A stretch of DNA of 38,920 nucleotides from Thraustochytrium aureum (lineage: Eukaryota): NCBI GenBank assembly GCA_012862495.1, contig BLSG01000233.1, forward strand, positions 19,651 to 58,570, written 5' to 3'. Position 1 is the first letter of the stretch. Every line of letters starts with the position of its first letter. Positions 34,155 through 38,920 of this stretch are shown here, piece by piece. The translations under genes and the position numbers were made by a program. The notes under the pieces were generated by a model. The model was not told where the DNA came from. It made no database searches and saw nothing but the letters and a program-made list of their open reading frames with translations.

Positions 34155-34384
34155 CTCGTCCACAACCACCCAAAAGCGAAAGCAATACCTACAGTGTTTC
34201 GAACAATTCTAATTGCCTTGTTGGAAGAAAGCAAACAGCGTAGTACTCTACAATTACCGGGTTGGAGGCGCAGCGCGCAAGGGCGACTTGCAGCACCGCG
34301 CCGCGCGACAGTCTGCAGCGCGAGACTCGCCCTCTCAATAGAGCGAGCTAGCTAGCGAGCGAGAGCGACCACCATCTCATCAGG

Positions 34385-35861
34385 TCACGCCTCGCTCGCC
34401 AAAGCCAACGCCTTGCCCTGAACCTGCGACACGTCGCTGGGCCTGGTCTGAGCAAGAGTAAAGTTCGCAGGCATAGATGAGCGAAACCCCGAGTTGACAG
34501 ACTGGCCATGCTCAGGGCGCGCCGACTGCGGCGATGCTTTGAGTGGGCGGCAGAACTGGACCTGGGCCAGAGCGTTCGCAAAGCGCGCGACAAACAAGAT
34601 CCCAAAAACAGTGGCGAAGGACTCTGGTGAGCGAATGTCGACCTGGCCTGCTCCAATCAACAAGAGGGCGAACACGTTGAGCAAGGCCGCGAAAATGGCA
34701 ACCTTGAGCCACATGGTGAACCACCGTTCCTGACGCCGGAGAACGCTGTATACTTCGGTCCTGCCCGAGCTCAAGCTTCCTGATGGCGCTTGGGTTGAGG
34801 CCGGCGCAAGCTGCCCCGAGGCTTGATCTGCTCCCCCAGGCGAGACGCTCAAGGCGTTTGGAGCTCGGAACAGACCCTTATTGGCGTCCGCCACATTCTC
34901 GAATCGGCGCATAATGCGGACAACGCGAGACACGTGGCGCACCAAAAACCCAATCACCGTAACCTGCAGAATCACGAAAACCGACGGGATGGCCACCACG
35001 AGAGCGATGTACGAGGTCGAATTGATCTTGACCATGCTTCCGGCTGTGACGATATCGGCGATGATGAGCGCTCCAGCGACAATGAGGTACGGCTTGTCGA
35101 TCCGTCGCGTGCGCTGTCGGGCGGTCGGGAGAGAAAACTTGGACCAGAGGCGAAAGTACACCACTGCGAGACACCAGTCCAGGCCGACTCCGGTGCCGAA
35201 GAGGTCGGTATAAAATGCAAGCGTGACCCAATGCGGCAGCTCGTCGCTGAAGAAATGGCTGCCGAGCACCTTTATTATCGCAAGGGAGACCATCACGGCA
35301 GCGTTGACGAAGAGGATGAAACCTTGAACGTTGTTGACTGCTGCGAGCCCGCCTTGTCGCAGTCGGCGCACGATGTACACGATCGCGAGCACGCCGACGC
35401 TTGCGTATAGTGCTGCGAAAACCCCGCGCATAAGCAAACGCGAACGGCACTGAGTCGAAAAGCGCGAGAGCGGCATTCTTGTCTGCGGTTACGTCGATCA
35501 TGGCACCGCTGCCTCCGAGAGCGGCTGTGATGTCCCCGTCAAGTCGCGAGGCGAGCCAAGCGCAAGTCTTGCGCGTATCGCCGAACGACTCAAATTTTGA
35601 GCCATCGTGCGCGTTAGATACGAGTGAAGGAAACTCGACTGTGTAGACCTGGATGACTGCGAGCGCCTCGAGTTTGCACCACGGCTGGAAGTACTCAAAG
35701 TTCGCCCACGTCCCGATTGCCCCGCTACAGGTCTCGTCAAAACCAGCTGGTAGGACCAGCACAGTATCGCGAAACTGTCCTAACGTGCCTGGCGACCCGG
35801 CGGCGAAGTGCTGGCAGAACTCGTCAGTTGCAAGCGCCCAAGACGCGTTTCGAAGCTCCAG
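34385..35861 (-). CDS. Seven-transmembrane protein with N-terminal extracellular (PA-like) domain, 5'-partial; frameshift at ~35436
   Basis: Seven hydrophobic segments (VFAALYASVGVLAIVYIV ... FATVFGILFVARFANALA), a long polar loop between TM5 and TM6, and a Ser-rich tail. The upstream frame (..DTVLVL..C..ALAVIQVY..IDVTADKN) joins by removing one T. Confidence 0.75.
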
Positions 35862-36332
35862 NNNNNNNNNNNNNNNNNNNNNNNNNNNNNNNNNNNNNNN
35901 NNNNNNNNNNNNNNNNNNNNNNNNNNNNNNNNNNNNNNNNNNNNNNNNNNNNNNNNNNNNNNNNNNNNNNNNNNNNNNNNNNNNNNNNNNNNNNNNNNNN
36001 NNNNNNNNNNNNNNNNNNNNNNNNNNNNNNNNNNNNNNNNNNNNNNNNNNNNNNNNNNNNNNNNNNNNNNNNNNNNNNNNNNNNNNNNNNNNNNNNNNNN
36101 NNNNNNNNNNNNNNNNNNNNNNCGCGCAGCGCCACCAGCAAGGCCGGCCGGCGGCGTCCTGGAAACAGTCGCCGGCGCCTCCCCGTGCGCCCTGAGAGCC
36201 TGCACGCCCTGCTGCGCCAGCCCGCCGCGCAGCTCGCTCGGGCGCGTCTGGACCGGTGTGCGCTTGTCCGCACTTCGTCAACACAAACGATTCTTGAAAG
36301 AACAAACTTTTTAAAATACTTAACTGAACATC

Positions 36333-36391
36333 AATTATTGAATAGGCGATTCAATAGTATTGAAGAGCAACAATACTGAATATCAATAATT
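36333..36391. promoter_or_regulatory. AT-rich nested inverted-repeat cluster (TATTGA/TCAATA) in the divergent intergenic region
   Basis: AATTATTGA...TCAATAATT terminal inverted repeat; internal TATTGAAT-aggcg-ATTCAATA and AGTATTG-8nt-CAATACT. The regulatory role is inferred from position only. Confidence 0.4.
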
Positions 36392-36778
36392 ACACAACAC
36401 GAAGCTAATGCATAGCAAACCGCTGGCCTTGCTCCCGCGCACCAGGTCCTGCCAGGGCGCGCGCGAGAGGCCCGGCGACGGCCCCGCATGGGCGTGAATG
36501 TCCACCACGACCACCACCACGACCACGACCACCCGACGCTTGTCGAAGCGCGCAAGGGCTCTGGCCAACTTCGATTGTCCCTTGTTTTTGGAAGTGTTTG
36601 GTTGTTTTTTTGAATTTGCTGCGCCGCGGCGGAGGAGCAGGACCGCTGCGAGGGCGTGCAGGGAGCGCAGGACGCGGAGAGCGCGCGCGCGGCGGGAAGG
36701 AAGGGCACGCGGGGCTACGATCTCGACCGCGTGTGGCTCGTTGTGCTGCGCTTGTCTTTGTCGCCGCGGGCGGCTGCG

Positions 36779-38773
36779 ATGCGGGTCAGCACGCCGCAGA
36801 TCGCCTTTCACCAGAACGACGACGGCAAGAATGACCCCGTGCTCTCTGTGGACACCCACCCGAGCCTGCAGCTGGTGGCGACCGGCGGCAGTGATAATGA
36901 GGTCAAGGTGAGTCGGGAGGGAGTGCGGCGATGGGGGGCTGGCTTGCTGGCTTGCGGCGAGCTCGCCGCACGCTGACCTGGATGTCGCGTCGCAGCTGTG
37001 GCGGCTGGACGTCGAGCTCGAAGGCGAGAGCCCGCTGGTCTTCTTGGCGTCGATCCTGGCCCACTCGCGCGGCGTAAACTCAGTGAGGTTCTCGCCGGAC
37101 GGCGACAAACTTGCTTCGTGCAGCGACGAAGGGCGGATTTGCATCATGGAGCGAAACCAAAAGGAGCGGGAGCCGGAGGTTGCGCTGCTCGGCGACGAGC
37201 CTGCCCCAGCCAGAGATAGTGCACGGGCCGAAACACGCCCCGGCAGCGCTATCGGCGGCCCGCTACTGTGGGACTCTGTTAAAGACGAGCGGGACGTGAC
37301 GCGCAAGTACTTGCGAGGGCACTCGAGCGATGTCGTCGTCGTTGAGTGGTCGAGGGACTCGCGGTTGCTCGTGAGCGGGTCCGTTGACGGTACGGTGATT
37401 GTGTGGGACGCCGCCAAGGGCAAGACGCTGCAGATGCTGCAGGACCACGGCCACTATGTCCAAGGTGTCGCATGGGACCCTTACCAACATTACTTTTGCT
37501 CCCAAAGCGCAGATCGCAGCGTCAAGCTGTACAAGGCAAAGCCTTCCAAGGCAGCGAGCAAGCCCAAGGCAAAGGCCTCCAGCAAGGCCGCTGCTCGCGC
37601 CGAAGGGGACGCGCCGCCAGCGGCCGACGAGGCCTCAGGCGACGCAGCGCCACAGCCTGCAAGCGCGAGCCCGGCGCCACGAAGCCCAAACCGCGCTCAA
37701 GAGCGAGGGGCCCCTACGTACGCGCTCGCTCACGACCTGACGAGGCGCCAGTTTGCTGGCAAGCCCAAGGCAGCGGCGGCAGAGGGCCCGAGCCCTGGCG
37801 CAGCAGCGGGCGTCGCGCCGGACGAGGCCGCTCGCCAGGGCGACGCCCGCGCCCAACGCAAGCACCAGGCGCTCTTTATGGACGACTCTGTGGCAACGTT
37901 TTACCGGCGCCCGGCCTGGTCGCCGGACGGCACGATCCTCGTGGTGCCTTGCGGGCAAATCAAGAAGGAAGCGGGCGACAGTCGGGAGCCGACCACCTTT
38001 GTGTTTGTGCGCAGCAAGTGGCAGAGCCCTGCGCTGCACCTCCCAGGGATCGCCAAGGCCTCGGTTTGCGTCAGGTTCAGCCCCGTTTTGTACGCATTGT
38101 GCGGTGGAAGCCGACGCCCGTGGCTAAAGCACAAGTACCGAATGGTTTTCGCGGTGGCCACATTGGACAGCGTTCTCGTCTATGACACGCAGCACGTGCT
38201 GCCAATCGCGGCGGCCGAAAACCTGCATTTGGCCCAAATTAGCGACCTGGCTTGGGCCGCGGACGGCCGCACTTTGGTCGTCTCGTCCAACGACGGGTAC
38301 TGCTCCCTGCTCCTCATGGGGCCCGAGGAGCTCGGCAAGGTTTATGAAAGCAACCTTGCGCCCCAAGTCACGCTTGGCCCGGTCGCCATTGCGGACTACG
38401 CCAGCGGCGAGGAGGCGGCCGATTCGACGCCGGACTCGCCCGCGCTGGCAGCAGGGCATGCTGCGGCACAGGTCATGTCGTCTCCAGCAGCAAAGTTGGT
38501 AAGGCGCATCACGCCTGTGCAGGTGCAAGCAAGCCCGTTGCCCAGCGTGGCGACTCCTGTGCGCGACTCTGGCGTCCATCGCGGCGGCGTTGCGGCTTTA
38601 GGTGCGGGGCCGGGAGTGCGAGCAAGCGCAAAGTCGATGCAGCGAGCAACTCCGTCACGGGAACGCCCGAGTCTGCCGCCCCTGCTCCTGGGAAGAAAAA
38701 GCGCAGAGCGCAGCTGACGCTGGTGTCGCCGCTCGCGCCGCTGAGCAAGCCGCCGACTGGGGCCAAGTACTAG
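36779..38773 (+). CDS. CHAF1B: Chromatin assembly factor 1 subunit B (p60/Cac2/FAS2), WD40; exon 1 36779-36907, exon 2 from 36996; frameshift at ~38607
   Basis: MRVSTPQIAFH..PVLSVD..VATGGSDNEVK|LW, HSRGVNSVRFSPDG, LRGHSSDV, DHGHYVQGVAWDP, QSADRSV, TFYRRPAWSPDG..VPCG, VRFSPVLY, YRMVFAVAT, NLHLAQISDLAW, SSNDGYCS. Asf1-binding B-domain-like motifs RRITPV and KKRRAQLTLV. Confidence 0.93.
36908..36995 (+). other. 88-nt spliceosomal intron (phase 0) in CAF-1 p60
   Basis: AAG|GTGAGT donor, GCTGAC branch point at 36972-36977, CGCAG| acceptor. Removal fuses NEVK to LWRL in frame, matching the WD40 pattern. Confidence 0.9.
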
Positions 38774-38920
38774 AGCTCTCTACTCTTGCAAGCGCGCTCG
38801 AGCTTGCAGGCTAGCTTGTAGCGCACTCGCAGGACGCGCTCGTGGCGCAGCGGCTCCTGTGTTGCAGAAGCGCGGCTTTTCCACCGGCCAGCTAGCCAGC
38901 CCAGCCGGTGAGGGACGGGA

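Noticed and set aside
1031..36379. Long ORFs in the track spanning N-gaps, and many antisense/overlapping ORFs
   Set aside because: Artefacts of translating Ns and of high GC content; they are shadows of the real genes on the opposite strand or frame.
14..38773. Pervasive frameshifts read as programmed frameshifting, RNA editing or mass pseudogenisation
   Set aside because: More than 15 small indels, mostly in homopolymers, hit essential genes (IFT88, VPS16, CAF-1) whose sequences are otherwise intact, with no shared slippery motif. The gappy scaffold points to low-coverage pyrosequencing-type errors.

Overview
GC-rich, intron-poor eukaryotic scaffold with ten large N-gaps, almost certainly from a thraustochytrid (Labyrinthulomycetes). 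The 515-aa front-end desaturase at 16343-17889 matches, from memory, the Thraustochytrium aureum delta-4 desaturase. About 13 protein genes are supportable. Minus strand: SDR/retinol-dehydrogenase-like, Roc-COR-TIR, partial PAS-like ORF, IFT88, VPS16, putative Zn-phospholipase C/S1-P1-fold protein, delta-4 desaturase, ankyrin/coiled-coil protein and a 7TM protein. Plus strand: CAMK-group kinase, giant TPR...CCCH protein, SAS-4/CENPJ and CAF-1 p60 (with the only clear spliceosomal intron). Most genes are broken by single-base indels, mostly in homopolymers, best read as sequencing errors. The most interesting item is an LRR-less Roco GTPase with a C-terminal TIR domain that keeps the catalytic Glu (candidate GTPase-switched NADase/immune protein). 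Also notable are a hairpin-dense, H/ACA-like non-coding segment just downstream of it and several structured intergenic repeats. No CRISPR, rRNA, tRNA or transposase was recognised. All family assignments are by motif recognition, not by database search.
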